Shown: positions 26,138-36,613, counted from the stretch's first letter. The stretch: 64,000 nucleotides of DNA from a bacterium ADurb.Bin243 (GCA_002069765.1 MWBZ01000014.1:7469-71468); one strand, 5' to 3'. The notes: generated from the sequence alone by a model not told the origin. Made by a program: numbers and translations.

Positions 26138-27322
26138 ATGTTTTCCCTTCTGACTCAAAAAATTATTATAAGTTTCGTGTTTTCCGCCATAGCGTCGGTG
26201 CTTCTTACTCCCGTCGCTATAAAATTGTCCGAGCACTTCAAAGTGCTCGACAAGCCTTCGCCCCGTAAAATTCATTCGGAGCCTCGCGGAAGGCTGGGCG
26301 GCCTCGCTATATATTTCGCTTTTCTAATAGGAATACTCGCTCCCGCCGGATTAGGCCTTCCGCTGCAAACTTCCATCTCATTCGATATGTCCATTGCCGG
26401 CTTCCTTCTGTCTTCACTGATAATAGTCGTTCTCGGCGTATTCGACGATAAATACGATCTAACCCCAAGATTTAAATTTTTCGTCCAGATTCTGGCGGCA
26501 ACGATACTGGTGACGTTCGGCCTTAAAATAGAAATGATATCCGGAATCAATCCCGGCACCCGTTTCGACCTCGGCATCCTCAAAATTCCGGCGACGATAT
26601 TCTGGGTAGTCGCTATAACGAACATGATAAATTTCATAGACGGCCTCGACGGACTGGCCGCGGGTATAACGGTTATCGCCTCGCTCACGCTTATCGTAAT
26701 TAATTACATGGACAAGCTGTCGATCAATTCCTGCGTAATGCTCGCATCCACGGCCGGAGCCTGCGTGGGCTTTTTAAAATACAATTTTCATCCCGCCAGA
26801 ATTTTTATGGGCGACGGCGGCGCTACGTTCCTCGGATTTACACTCGGCGTAACCTCCGTCATGGGCGCATTCAAAAGCGCCACTTTCGCGATAGTGCTGG
26901 TCCCTTTTCTGGCTCTGCTCATACCCATATTCGATATGATCTACGCCATACTGCGCAGGATAACCCGTGAAATTCCACCCCACATAGCCGATAAAGAACA
27001 CCTTCATCATCAATTCCTCGAGCTTGGCCTTTCTCACAAACAGGCAGTGATCGTCCTTTACATAATAGCGCTTTCGCTGTCGTTTTTTTCGATCGGAATG
27101 GCTAAAATAAATAATATAAAAGCCATGTTCCTGCTTCTTTTAATATGCCTTCTTTTCATAATAGGCATGATAAGAATGCGCCACATAATAAACGCCAAGA
27201 GAAACGCCGCGGCACCCGAAGCGGTTACGGACAAACCCGAAACCGCAGAATCGGCTGGCGTTTCTCCGAATCCAGGCTCGGCCGAACGGAGCGCCGGCGA
27301 AAAAAACGCCGGTGATAAATGA
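26138..27322 (+). CDS. Polyprenyl-phosphate HexNAc-1-phosphate transferase (MraY/WecA glycosyltransferase family 4)
   Basis: DDKYDL, NMINFIDGLDGLAAG, FMGDGG, polytopic membrane topology. Confidence 0.85.
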   Translation: MFSLLTQKIIISFVFSAIASVLLTPVAIKLSEHFKVLDKPSPRKIHSEPRGRLGGLAIYFAFLIGILAPAGLGLPLQTSISFDMSIAGFLLSSLIIVVLGVFDDKYDLTPRFKFFVQILAATILVTFGLKIEMISGINPGTRFDLGILKIPATIFWVVAITNMINFIDGLDGLAAGITVIASLTLIVINYMDKLSINSCVMLASTAGACVGFLKYNFHPARIFMGDGGATFLGFTLGVTSVMGAFKSATFAIVLVPFLALLIPIFDMIYAILRRITREIPPHIADKEHLHHQFLELGLSHKQAVIVLYIIALSLSFFSIGMAKINNIKAMFLLLLICLLFIIGMIRMRHIINAKRNAAAPEAVTDKPETAESAGVSPNPGSAERSAGEKNAGDK

Positions 27323-28671
27323 TGAGCGGCTTTTTATCCGAATCTTTAATCGAGTTTGGCCTTTGCGGTCACCCGGACAAGCTCGGGCTCATTAAATCGG
27401 TTGCGGCGCGCGCTAATGCCTCTCATTCGTTTTTATTTCACGGCCCGAAAAATATAGGAAAGTTCACATGCGCAAAGCTGCTGGCGCTTTCGGCCAACTG
27501 CCTCGCCCCGGCGGATAACCTGGCATGCTTTAAGTGCGCTAACTGCCAAAAAATCTTAAACGGCCGTTTCGAATACTTAACCGTCCTCAATTATAAATTC
27601 GGCGAAATTCCCATCGACGACATAAGAAACCGTATAATTTCCCCCTGCATGCTCAAAGTGCCCGGCAGCATAAAAAGCGTTTATATAATAAACGACGCGC
27701 GTTTTTTCAATTCAGAATCGGCCAACTGCTTTCTTAAAACGCTCGAAGAGCCGACGCCCAACGTTATTTTTATACTTATAACGTCTTCCATAGATTCCAT
27801 GCTTCCGACCATACGTTCAAGATGCCAGCTGGTGCGCTTCGATGAACCTGATTTAAACGACGCGAAAAAATACGCGCGAAAAATAAATCCTGAAATAAGC
27901 GAAGCCGGCCTGGACATAATCGTCGGGGCGGCAGGCTCCATAGGTTCCATAGTGGCGGCTTTAAGCGATAAAAATATCGCGCGGGACGCCGAAGCCCTGA
28001 TGAGTTTCGCCTCAAAAATAAATACCGGCCTGAGCGCGTTCGACGCAGCCGCGCTAATAGAAAGAGCTTACGGCGGCGAAGCCCTTAAGACGGCGTTCGG
28101 CGATTTTTGTTCTGAAAATGTCTTGCAATTAGAAGAACTATTTGATAAAATTGAGCATGTATGCCTTTCAAAACAATATTTAAGGCTGATGATAGTCTAT
28201 TCGCTCCTGTATCTGGCAAAAAATGCTTCCAGGAGAGATTATCAGGCGACGTGCCACGAGCTGTCGCACCGCATAGATCTTTTTTTTCAAAGTATAGAAG
28301 CCTTCGCCGCCGACTATGTTTCAGGATTTAAAAATACCATGACGGCGGCGCAGATTAAAGAACTGACCGAAAAATCTAAACGCGAAACGGCTCGCAACAA
28401 GAGGGACGAATTTTTAAAAATAGTATCTCTGACGCTCGGCGCGCTCGAAAAAATCTACGTTCAGAAAGCGGTCTCAAAGCCGGGCGGGCCCGTCGCCTCA
28501 AAAACCGGGGCGCTGGAATTAATTCGCGAAAAAATAGCCGCTCTTCATTCTCACGCGTCGCTTGACGGCGCCATAAAAACGATTGCGGCAGGCCATTATC
28601 GCGACGTCGCGGCGAATATAAACGTAGAACTTTACCTGGAACGCTACTTAATGTCTGTTATAGAAAAATAA
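27319..28671 (+). CDS. holB: DNA polymerase III delta-prime subunit
   Basis: HSFLFHGPKNIGK P-loop-like motif, Zn module C..C..CANCQKI, LKTLEEP, SRCQ. ATGA overlap with the upstream gene. Confidence 0.8.
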   Translation: MMSGFLSESLIEFGLCGHPDKLGLIKSVAARANASHSFLFHGPKNIGKFTCAKLLALSANCLAPADNLACFKCANCQKILNGRFEYLTVLNYKFGEIPIDDIRNRIISPCMLKVPGSIKSVYIINDARFFNSESANCFLKTLEEPTPNVIFILITSSIDSMLPTIRSRCQLVRFDEPDLNDAKKYARKINPEISEAGLDIIVGAAGSIGSIVAALSDKNIARDAEALMSFASKINTGLSAFDAAALIERAYGGEALKTAFGDFCSENVLQLEELFDKIEHVCLSKQYLRLMIVYSLLYLAKNASRRDYQATCHELSHRIDLFFQSIEAFAADYVSGFKNTMTAAQIKELTEKSKRETARNKRDEFLKIVSLTLGALEKIYVQKAVSKPGGPVASKTGALELIREKIAALHSHASLDGAIKTIAAGHYRDVAANINVELYLERYLMSVIEK

Positions 28672-28691
28672 AACAAGGAATGTGACTTTAA

Positions 28692-29738
28692 ATGTCGGAT
28701 GTCATAAGCAATAATAACTCCAGCGCGGCCGGCTCGGGCCCGAATTTAAATGAAAGCGGGGCCTTCGCGGCGGAAGGGCTCGCCTCGAACGAAACCGAAT
28801 TAAGCGCGGCGAACGCCGCCGGAGAAACGTCGTCTGCGGCCGAAAGCACGGCCGCCCAAATGCCCGACGCGCCGCCGGAAGCGGAACGGCCGCCCGCAGA
28901 GGCCGGCGGCAAAATGATCGCCATACGCTTTAAAATGATGGGCGAGTTTTATTATCTTTACGACGACGGGCTCAATCTCAAGCCCCGCGAAAAAGTCATC
29001 GTAAAAATATCCAAAGGAAAAGACCTGGCCGAAGTCGCCATGTGCGATCTTTCCCCCGACACTAAAATAAGCGATCCGCAGCTTAAAATTTTGCGGCGCG
29101 TCAACGACAGCGATCTGGCACAGCAGGAAAGAAACGCTCACCGTGAAAAGGAAGCTTTCGGCATATGCCTCACAAAGATAAAAAAACTCGAGCTGCCGAT
29201 GAAGCTTCTTGCCGTGAAATATACGTTTGACGGCAGCAGAATCACCTTTTATTTCAAGGCCGAATCCAAGGTCGACTTCAGAAAGCTGGTCCGCGAGCTG
29301 GCTGCGGTATTCCGCACCAGAATAGAGTTAAGGCAGATCGGCCCCCGCGACGAAACCGAATTATTCGGCGGGCTCGGCGTCTGCGGACGCAGGGTTTGCT
29401 GCAACTACTGGTGCTGCAGGGCAAAACCGGTTATAAATATAGACGCACCCAAGACCCCTTTCGCAAACATACAGGGCATGACCAATAAAGCGCTGGGGCT
29501 TTGCAGCAGGCCTTTGTGCTGTCTGCGCTACGAAGGCGACGCCGAACCCTGCTGCAAAATAACCGTTCCGGCGGTAAACTCAAAAATATCGATAGACGAG
29601 CAGAACGGCGTTCTTAAACTCGTCGATGAAAAAGCGAACCAGGTGAGCATCCAGATCGACGGCGAAGACGTCGAGCTTAACATGTCCTACGAAGATTTTT
29701 TACTTAAAATAACTGAGGGCAAGGCTAAAAAAATATAA
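28692..29738 (+). CDS. PSP1-domain protein (RicT/YaaT family) with a low-complexity N-terminal extension
   Basis: KYTFDGSRITFYFKAESKVDFRKLVRELAAVFRTRIELRQIGPRDE plus Cys-rich GVCGRRVCC...LCSRPLCCLRYE. Sits in the conserved position after holB. Confidence 0.85.
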   Translation: MSDVISNNNSSAAGSGPNLNESGAFAAEGLASNETELSAANAAGETSSAAESTAAQMPDAPPEAERPPAEAGGKMIAIRFKMMGEFYYLYDDGLNLKPREKVIVKISKGKDLAEVAMCDLSPDTKISDPQLKILRRVNDSDLAQQERNAHREKEAFGICLTKIKKLELPMKLLAVKYTFDGSRITFYFKAESKVDFRKLVRELAAVFRTRIELRQIGPRDETELFGGLGVCGRRVCCNYWCCRAKPVINIDAPKTPFANIQGMTNKALGLCSRPLCCLRYEGDAEPCCKITVPAVNSKISIDEQNGVLKLVDEKANQVSIQIDGEDVELNMSYEDFLLKITEGKAKKI

Positions 29739-29745
29739 AAAACAT

Positions 29746-29774
29746 TTGACATTGAAGCGCTTAAGATATAGAAT
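29746..29774 (+). promoter_or_regulatory. Sigma-70 promoter TTGACA-17-TAGAAT for the lpxI operon
   Basis: TTGACA 29746-29751, TAGAAT 29769-29774. AGGAGG RBS at 29863-29868 before the GTG at 29876. Confidence 0.6.
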
Positions 29775-29875
29775 AATAGCATAAAAACGCAAAATAAAAG
29801 GCCCGAAAATGTTTAACGGCCTGCGGCCCAAGAGAGCGGTTCGGTGCAATAAATACGTTTACCAGGAGGCAATTT

Positions 29876-30679
29876 GTGCAACAACGTTTCGGATTAATAG
29901 CCGGAGCCGGGCGGTTCCCGCTGATTTTCGCCGAAGAAGCCAGGGCGCAGGGACTTTTTCTCGTCGCGATCGCGCTGAAAGGCATAGCTTCTCCCGATAT
30001 CGAAGGGCTCGCTTCGCGGGTTTTCTGGATCGAAATCGGCGAATTCCAGAAACTGATAGACATGCTAAAAAAAGAAGCCGTTACCGAAGTGATAATGGCC
30101 GGTAAAATCCCCAAAACATATCTTTTTTCAAACGCCGCATTCGACGAGCGTCTCCTGAAAACACTCAAAAAAATCGAAAACAATAACGACGATTCCATAC
30201 TTCTGGCGCTGGTAAGCGAACTCGGCTCCGAGGGCATTACCGTGCGCGACAGCACGCTTTATCTCAATAATCTTCTGATCGGAGGCGGCGTGGTGACCAG
30301 CGACGAGCTGGATGAAAACGAATGGCGGGACGCGCGTTACGGGTTTCAAATAGCCAAACAGATCGCGGGGCTCGACATCGGCCAGACGGTCGTAGTTAAA
30401 AACCGCGCCGTGCTTGCCGTTGAAGCTATAGAAGGCACCGACGAAGCCATTTACCGCGGAGGCGCTCTGGGAAACGGCGGCGTGGTCGTAGCGAAAGTTT
30501 CAAAGCCCAACCAGGATAAACGTTTCGATATGCCCGTCATAGGCCTCAATACTATCAACGTGATGATAAAAGCCGGAGCTAAAACGCTGGTCGTAGACGC
30601 CGGCAAAACCATATTCCTCGACAAGGAAAAAGTTATCAGCCACGCGCGATTATCCGGCGTAAAAATAGTCGCGCTGTAG
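29876..30679 (+). CDS. lpxI: UDP-2,3-diacylglucosamine diphosphatase LpxI (DUF1009)
   Basis: FGLIAGAGRFP, DIGQTVVV, AVEAIEGTDEAI, KPNQDKRFDMPVIG. Ends with TAG. Confidence 0.85.
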   Translation: MQQRFGLIAGAGRFPLIFAEEARAQGLFLVAIALKGIASPDIEGLASRVFWIEIGEFQKLIDMLKKEAVTEVIMAGKIPKTYLFSNAAFDERLLKTLKKIENNNDDSILLALVSELGSEGITVRDSTLYLNNLLIGGGVVTSDELDENEWRDARYGFQIAKQIAGLDIGQTVVVKNRAVLAVEAIEGTDEAIYRGGALGNGGVVVAKVSKPNQDKRFDMPVIGLNTINVMIKAGAKTLVVDAGKTIFLDKEKVISHARLSGVKIVAL

Positions 30680-30729
30680 CCGGTTAAAAATACCCGGCCG
30701 TATAACGCAAAACACAAACTGCAGAACGG

Positions 30730-31944
30730 GTGGTTAATATAAAAAAAATATTTATTTCGGCGGGCGAAAGTTCCGGAGACATATACGGCGCAAGGCTCGC
30801 GGCAGCTTTTAAAAATAACCTCAAAGACGTGAAACTTTACGGCATGGGCCTGAGCAGAATGGCCGCGGAAGGCGTCGAACTCGTTTCAGACGTCAGAAAG
30901 CACTCTGTAATGGGTATAACCGAAATTTTATCTTCGCTTTACGCCAATTATAAAAATATTAAAAAATGCGCGGATATGATCCGCGGCGAAAAGATCGACA
31001 CGCTCGTTCTGATAGATTACGCTGGATTCAACCTCAAGCTTGCAGAAGCCGCTAAACTTTCAGGAATCCATACGGCATATTTCATACCGCCTAAATTATG
31101 GGCCTGGGGAGCTTTCAGAATGAACGGACTCAAAAAAAACGTCGATAAAGTTTATTCGATATTCAGCTTCGAGAACGATTTTTTTAATAAAAACGGAGTA
31201 AATTCGGTTTTTTTAGGCCATCCGATTTTCGATATTATAAAGCTCTCTGGTTTCGACTACGATAATTTTCTTTCCTGCGAAAAAGCGGGCGGCGATATCC
31301 GGGATTGCCGCAAGAATAAAATCATACTGATGCCCGGCTCGCGAAAGAGCGAAATATCGTTTTTACTGCCGGCCGTTATAGAAAGCGCATCCGAAATAAA
31401 CCGACGTTACGCACGAGATATAGAAGGCCTTGAATTTATATTGCCCGTGGCGCCCTCTACGGACGAAACGCTCGTAAAAAAGCATCTCAAGCGCGCCAGA
31501 TTCAACTACCGGTTCGTTTATTCAGATATCGACAAATATAACAGTTTCGCTCAGGCCCGCTTCGCCATCGCGTCTTCGGGAACGGCCACGCTGGAGCTGG
31601 CTCTTTTCGGAGTGCCCATGGTGGTAGTGTATAAAGTGGCCGCGTTGACCGAACTGGTCGGAAGGTTTCTGCTCAAAGCCAGGTACATAGGGCTGCCCAA
31701 TATACTGGCTCGCGCATGCGTCGCCCCGGAGCTGATTCAGAGAGAAGTAAACCGTGAAAACATAATGTATCATGCGTCAAAACTCATACCGGCTGGACAT
31801 TTTAGAAATTCGGCCGTAAAAAGCCTTTTAAATACCGCCGCGATTTTAAAATATAAGCGGGGCAGCTCGCCTACCGACAGCGTCGCGGCTGACATATACG
31901 GCGGGATCGGAGGTAGTTTTGAGTCCGATAAAACGGTTTTATAA
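30730..31944 (+). CDS. lpxB: Lipid-A-disaccharide synthase (GT19), copy 1
   Basis: IFISAGESSGDIYG, LIDYAGFN, FIPPKLWAWG, PGSRKSE, SSGTATLE. GTG start. Confidence 0.85.
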   Translation: MVNIKKIFISAGESSGDIYGARLAAAFKNNLKDVKLYGMGLSRMAAEGVELVSDVRKHSVMGITEILSSLYANYKNIKKCADMIRGEKIDTLVLIDYAGFNLKLAEAAKLSGIHTAYFIPPKLWAWGAFRMNGLKKNVDKVYSIFSFENDFFNKNGVNSVFLGHPIFDIIKLSGFDYDNFLSCEKAGGDIRDCRKNKIILMPGSRKSEISFLLPAVIESASEINRRYARDIEGLEFILPVAPSTDETLVKKHLKRARFNYRFVYSDIDKYNSFAQARFAIASSGTATLELALFGVPMVVVYKVAALTELVGRFLLKARYIGLPNILARACVAPELIQREVNRENIMYHASKLIPAGHFRNSAVKSLLNTAAILKYKRGSSPTDSVAADIYGGIGGSFESDKTVL

Positions 31945-33673
31945 ACAATACGTATTAAAATACTACAGCCGGATTCTGGTGATCGCACTGGCTTCGCTTA
32001 TAGTATCCATATCGACGGCGCTTCCGGCGGGCATAATGAAATACGTCGTTGATAAAGTGTTGTTTGAAAAAAGCTCTCATTACCTGTTTTTAATTTCACT
32101 CGGGCTCATATTGCTTTTTATTATCAAGGGCGTTTTTTATTACATACAAAATTATTACACCGCGTATATAGGACAATCGGTTTTAAGGCAGCTGCGAAAC
32201 GACATTTACGCGCACATCAACAGATTGCCTATCAATTACTTCGAAGAAAAGCAGACCGGCCATATAATGGCCAGAATTACTTCCGACGTGGTTCTTTTAC
32301 AAAATTTAATCGACGCCAGCATCGGAGTGGCTTCCGATATACTGACCGTCGCCGGGCTGATCGGCTGGATCATATATATCCATTATCAATTGGCGTTTCT
32401 GGCGTTCCTGGTCATTCCATTCATAGGATTCATCGTTTCGAGATTTTCCCAGCGGGTGCGAAACATTACGCGTACGCTCCAGAACAAGGTCGGAGACATA
32501 ACTTCCATCCTTAACGAAAAGATATCGGGCATCAGAACGGTTAAATCGTTTTCCAACGAATCGATAGAAAACGACCGCTTTGCCGTGGAAACCGAAGAAA
32601 ACTTCAAAATTGCCATGAAGCATAATAAGCTTCTGGCCATGATCCTGCCTATAATAGAATTTCTGAACACTACCGGTATCGTTATAGTTTTGAGCGTCGG
32701 AGGCTATTTCGTTATAAAGCCGAACCCGGGCCTCACGCCCGGAGAGCTCATAAGCTTTTTGACCGCCCTCGGCATGCTGTTTACTCCAATTAAAAGGCTG
32801 ACGAACGCTACGAATTATTATCAACAGGCGGCGGTATGCATCGGAAGAATATACGAAATTTTCGACGAACGAACTGAAGACGAAAACGACAACGGATCGG
32901 TGGTTTTACCGGAAATCAAAGGCAGCATAGAATTTCGCTCGCTCAATTTCAAATACGCAAAATCCGAAGGCGGAGTCTTCGATTTCAACCTTTCGGTCGA
33001 ACCCGGCGCTATAACGGCAATCGTAGGGCCTTCAGGGTCCGGCAAAACGACTTTAATGAATTTATTGATGAGATTTTACAAACTAGATTCAGGCTCCATC
33101 GAAATCGACGGAGTGAATATAGAAAAAGTCAAACTGAAATCGCTTCGCTCGCAAATAGGCATAGTTCCGCAGGATTCGGTTTTATTTTCCGGCACGATAT
33201 ACGACAATATCTTATACGGCAACCACTCTGCGACGAAGGAACAGGTAATGTCCGCAGCCCGGATGGCCAATGCATACGATTTCATTGAAAAATTTCCGCT
33301 CGGCTTTGAAACCAGGGTCGGCGAACACGGCGTAAAGCTTTCCGGCGGCCAGCGTCAAAGAATATCCATCGCCAGGGCTATATTGAGGGACCCCAAAATA
33401 CTTATTCTCGACGAAGCCACTTCAGCGCTTGACGCCGAATCCGAAACGCTGGTAAAAGACGCGTTAGACAGGCTTATGCAGGGCAGAACCACGTTCATTA
33501 TAGCTCACAGGCTGTCCACTATAAAAAACGCCCATAAAATTATAGTTTTAGAAAAAGGCAGGCTTGCGCAGCTGGGCACGCACGAGCAGCTCATAGAAAT
33601 AAACGGAGTTTACCAGAAACTTTACCAGACGTATTTCGAAAAGGAACCGGTCGCGAACGCGACGGCCGCATAA
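31919..33673 (+). CDS. msbA: Lipid A export ABC transporter (permease plus ATPase), MsbA-like
   Basis: 6-TM ABC exporter domain. Walker A GPSGSGKTT, signature LSGGQRQR, Walker B ILILDEATS. TTG start preceded by GGAGG; overlaps the end of lpxB by 26 nt. Confidence 0.8.
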   Translation: MSPIKRFYKQYVLKYYSRILVIALASLIVSISTALPAGIMKYVVDKVLFEKSSHYLFLISLGLILLFIIKGVFYYIQNYYTAYIGQSVLRQLRNDIYAHINRLPINYFEEKQTGHIMARITSDVVLLQNLIDASIGVASDILTVAGLIGWIIYIHYQLAFLAFLVIPFIGFIVSRFSQRVRNITRTLQNKVGDITSILNEKISGIRTVKSFSNESIENDRFAVETEENFKIAMKHNKLLAMILPIIEFLNTTGIVIVLSVGGYFVIKPNPGLTPGELISFLTALGMLFTPIKRLTNATNYYQQAAVCIGRIYEIFDERTEDENDNGSVVLPEIKGSIEFRSLNFKYAKSEGGVFDFNLSVEPGAITAIVGPSGSGKTTLMNLLMRFYKLDSGSIEIDGVNIEKVKLKSLRSQIGIVPQDSVLFSGTIYDNILYGNHSATKEQVMSAARMANAYDFIEKFPLGFETRVGEHGVKLSGGQRQRISIARAILRDPKILILDEATSALDAESETLVKDALDRLMQGRTTFIIAHRLSTIKNAHKIIVLEKGRLAQLGTHEQLIEINGVYQKLYQTYFEKEPVANATAA

Positions 33674-33766
33674 AAATCCGGCCTGAATAAATGCTATAAC
33701 CGCCGGCCAGCCTGTTTAAAGAAGGCAAACGCGCGTTAATTATAAAAACTGACAAGGTAGAAAAAT

Positions 33767-34789
33767 ATGATAAATTTAATAAAAAGAGCAATAGTACCGC
33801 CGATCGGAAGATATATAATCAACGCCATATCTTCTTCGCTAAAAATGCGTATCGTCGGTTACGAAAATTATCAATACTTGAAAGAAATGGGCAAAAAGTG
33901 CGTGATAGTTTTCTGGCACGGCCAGCAGTTCTATCCGATTTATCATTTCAGAAACAATAAAATAGCTATTATGGTCAGCCTTTCAAATGACGGCGAGATA
34001 CAGAATAAAATACTTTCCTCTTTCGGCTACGAGGTCGTCCGCGGTTCATCCAGCCGCGGAGCCGTTTCCGGCCTTATCGGATTGATACGCAAAATGCGCG
34101 AAGGCAGCGACGCGGCCCTGGCCCTCGACGGCCCGCGGGGGCCGTATCAAACCGCCAAAGAAGGCGTCAACTACATAGCCATAAAAGAAGACTGCTGCGT
34201 ATTGCCCATAGCTTGCGCGTTCAAATCGTTCAAACAATTCGGGGCCTGGGATAAATACATCCTGCCTTACCCTTATTCCAGCGGAATAATGCTCGTGGGA
34301 AGGCCCATAATGCCTAACAAACTCAATATCGCGGCCATGACGCACAAACACCTCGAAAAAATACTTATTTCAATGACCGCCGAAGCCGAAACTATTCTTA
34401 ATTCGGCGGGCCGCGAAATAAAGGCTGCGCCGGCCGCCGAAAAAAAGGCGGAAAACATAAGCGGTTCGCTCTCCGCCTCCGAAGAAGAATATTACCAGCC
34501 GGAAGAAAAAATTGACGAAGAAACCGATGAAAACGAAAAAAGCGAAAGCGATACCGAAACGGCGCCGGAAGAAAAAAACGAAGTTAAAACTCTCAAACCG
34601 GAAGACGCCAGAAGGTTCGGCATCAATCTCGACCTGTTAGACGGCGGCTCGAATAAAAACGCAACGGAAAAAACTTCAGACGATAAAAGCCCTGAAGGCG
34701 GGGCAAAAGAAATCCCGAACGAAATAATCGATATATTGGAAGAAAACGATGAAAATGAAATCAATACCGGCCGGAAGAACGAAAAATGA
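33767..34789 (+). CDS. DUF374-family (lysophospholipid-acyltransferase-like) protein with a roughly 120-aa acidic C-terminal tail
   Basis: VIVFWHGQQF, SLSNDGE, VVRGSSSRGA, LALDGPRGP. The tail is rich in E/D/K (EEEYYQPEEKIDEETDENEKSESDTE...). Confidence 0.75.
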   Translation: MINLIKRAIVPPIGRYIINAISSSLKMRIVGYENYQYLKEMGKKCVIVFWHGQQFYPIYHFRNNKIAIMVSLSNDGEIQNKILSSFGYEVVRGSSSRGAVSGLIGLIRKMREGSDAALALDGPRGPYQTAKEGVNYIAIKEDCCVLPIACAFKSFKQFGAWDKYILPYPYSSGIMLVGRPIMPNKLNIAAMTHKHLEKILISMTAEAETILNSAGREIKAAPAAEKKAENISGSLSASEEEYYQPEEKIDEETDENEKSESDTETAPEEKNEVKTLKPEDARRFGINLDLLDGGSNKNATEKTSDDKSPEGGAKEIPNEIIDILEENDENEINTGRKNEK

Positions 34790-35949
34790 AAAAAGATAAG
34801 AAAATAATGATTATAGCCGGAGAAATTTCCGGCGATTTATACGGTCATCCCCTTGTGCTCGAGCTTATAAAATCCGGCCTTCGCCTTGAAATATGCGGCA
34901 TAGGCGGCCCGCGCATGAAAAGCGCCGGAATGAAAACGTTTTACGATTCTTCTTCATGGGGCACCATCGGCATGATCGAGGCGATTAAAAAACTGCCTTA
35001 CCTATACTGGGCTTATTACGATATCAGCGAAAAATTAAAGCGCATAATGCCCGACGTTCTGGTGCTCATAGATTATCCGGGTTTCAACATGCGCCTCTGC
35101 AGGCGGGCCAAGCAGCTCGGCATTCCGACGCTTTATTATTTTCCGCCGTCCAAATGGTCTTACAATCACGAAGACGTCTGTGACGCGGCGCGTACAATAA
35201 CTAAAGTGGCGGCCCCGTTCGAGCATACATACGATATTTATAAAAAAGCAGGCGCCAGCGTCGAGTTCGTCGGAAATCCCCTGCTGGAAATAGTAAAAAC
35301 AAGAAACAGCCGGGCCGAAATTTTAAAAAAATTAAAGGCCGGCGAAGGCGAAAAAATAATTTCCCTGCTTCCCGGAAGCCGTTCCATGGAAGTGCGTTAT
35401 ATGCTTCCGGTACTTGCGGAAACGGCCGCCCATCTTGGCTCTAAACTTAAAGACGCCCGTTTCATAATGCCGGTCTCCTCTTCGACCATCTCCAGAGGCA
35501 CCGGAATAACCCTGGAATATATCAACGACGTCATTAATTCCCGCGGCGCGAAAATATCCGTAGAAACCGATATGACTTACGACATACTTTCGGTTTCGGA
35601 TTTTTCGATAATAACTTCCGGTACCGCTACTCTGGAAGCGGCCTGCCTGCTGACACCGATGGTGATAGTGTATAAAGTATCGCTTCTGACCGAAATGTAC
35701 GCCCGCATAATGACTTCGCTGCCGAAATATTTCGGCCTTCCCAACCTTATTTTAAATAAAGCTGTCGTGCCGGAATTTATCCAGAAAAACGTCACTGCGG
35801 ATATAATTTCAAATTCAGTCGTCGAATTGCTTAATTCTTCAGAAAAATTAGCCGATATGAAAAACGAGCTTAAATCGGTGGTTAAAAATTTAGGCGAAAT
35901 CGGCGCGACTAAAAAAGTATCCGAAATGATACTGAAAATGGTTGAATGA
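34786..35949 (+). CDS. Second GT19 lipid-A-disaccharide-synthase-like glycosyltransferase (divergent lpxB paralog)
   Basis: IMIIAGEISGDLYG, LIDYPGFN, YFPPSKWSY, PGSRSME, TSGTATLE. ATGA overlaps on both sides. Confidence 0.8.
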   Translation: MKKDKKIMIIAGEISGDLYGHPLVLELIKSGLRLEICGIGGPRMKSAGMKTFYDSSSWGTIGMIEAIKKLPYLYWAYYDISEKLKRIMPDVLVLIDYPGFNMRLCRRAKQLGIPTLYYFPPSKWSYNHEDVCDAARTITKVAAPFEHTYDIYKKAGASVEFVGNPLLEIVKTRNSRAEILKKLKAGEGEKIISLLPGSRSMEVRYMLPVLAETAAHLGSKLKDARFIMPVSSSTISRGTGITLEYINDVINSRGAKISVETDMTYDILSVSDFSIITSGTATLEAACLLTPMVIVYKVSLLTEMYARIMTSLPKYFGLPNLILNKAVVPEFIQKNVTADIISNSVVELLNSSEKLADMKNELKSVVKNLGEIGATKKVSEMILKMVE

Positions 35950-36554
35950 TGAACGATAAAAATTATCAGATGCTCAGGCAGGGCGCCGACTGCCCCGAAA
36001 AAACAATAGATTCCAAAACCGTCTTCAGAGGACGAATTTTAAATCTCAGAATCGACGAGGTGGTCCTGCCGGACGGCGGGAAATCGGCCCGCGAAGTGGT
36101 AGAACATTCCGGCGCGGTAGTAATTTTGCCTGTGCTTCCCGGCGGCAATCTGCTCTTCGTAAAGCAGTTCCGGCACGCGGTTTCGGATTTTCTACTGGAG
36201 CTTCCCGCCGGTAAGCTGGACCACGAAAATGAAGATATTACCGATTGCGCGAGGCGGGAACTGCTCGAAGAAACCCATTACAGTTGCGAAAAACTCGAAA
36301 AAATGATCACGTTTTACACTTCGCCGGGTTTCTGCAATGAAAAAATCCACCTTTTTATAGCGGACGGGCTTTCTTACAATCCTCAGAAAGGCCTTTCATG
36401 CGATGAAGACGAGTTTATCTCGATCGCGGATTTTTCGTTGAACGACTCGCTTAAAATGATCGACGAAAATAAGATATCCGACGCCAAAACGATTCTGGGC
36501 ATCTTATACTACAGTACTTTAGCTAAAAATAAAGTTAATATATTGAAAACTTAA
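35946..36554 (+). CDS. NUDIX hydrolase (ADP-ribose pyrophosphatase-like)
   Basis: Nudix box GKLDHENEDITDCARRELLEETHY. Confidence 0.85.
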   Translation: MMNDKNYQMLRQGADCPEKTIDSKTVFRGRILNLRIDEVVLPDGGKSAREVVEHSGAVVILPVLPGGNLLFVKQFRHAVSDFLLELPAGKLDHENEDITDCARRELLEETHYSCEKLEKMITFYTSPGFCNEKIHLFIADGLSYNPQKGLSCDEDEFISIADFSLNDSLKMIDENKISDAKTILGILYYSTLAKNKVNILKT

Positions 36555-36561
36555 AAAAATT

Positions 36562-36591
36562 ATTGCCATCATAACGATGGCGATTTTTTTT
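36562..36591 (+). terminator. Intrinsic terminator of the lipid A operon
   Basis: Stem ATTGCCATC / GATGGCGAT, loop ATAAC, followed by a T8 run. Confidence 0.7.
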
Positions 36592-36613
36592 AAAATAAGA
36601 AAGGGGAGAATAT

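Noticed and set aside
27991-28040. A CTGATGAG string resembling a hammerhead ribozyme core.
   Set aside because: It lies within the holB coding frame, with no adjacent stem II hairpin or GAAA element in the required arrangement.
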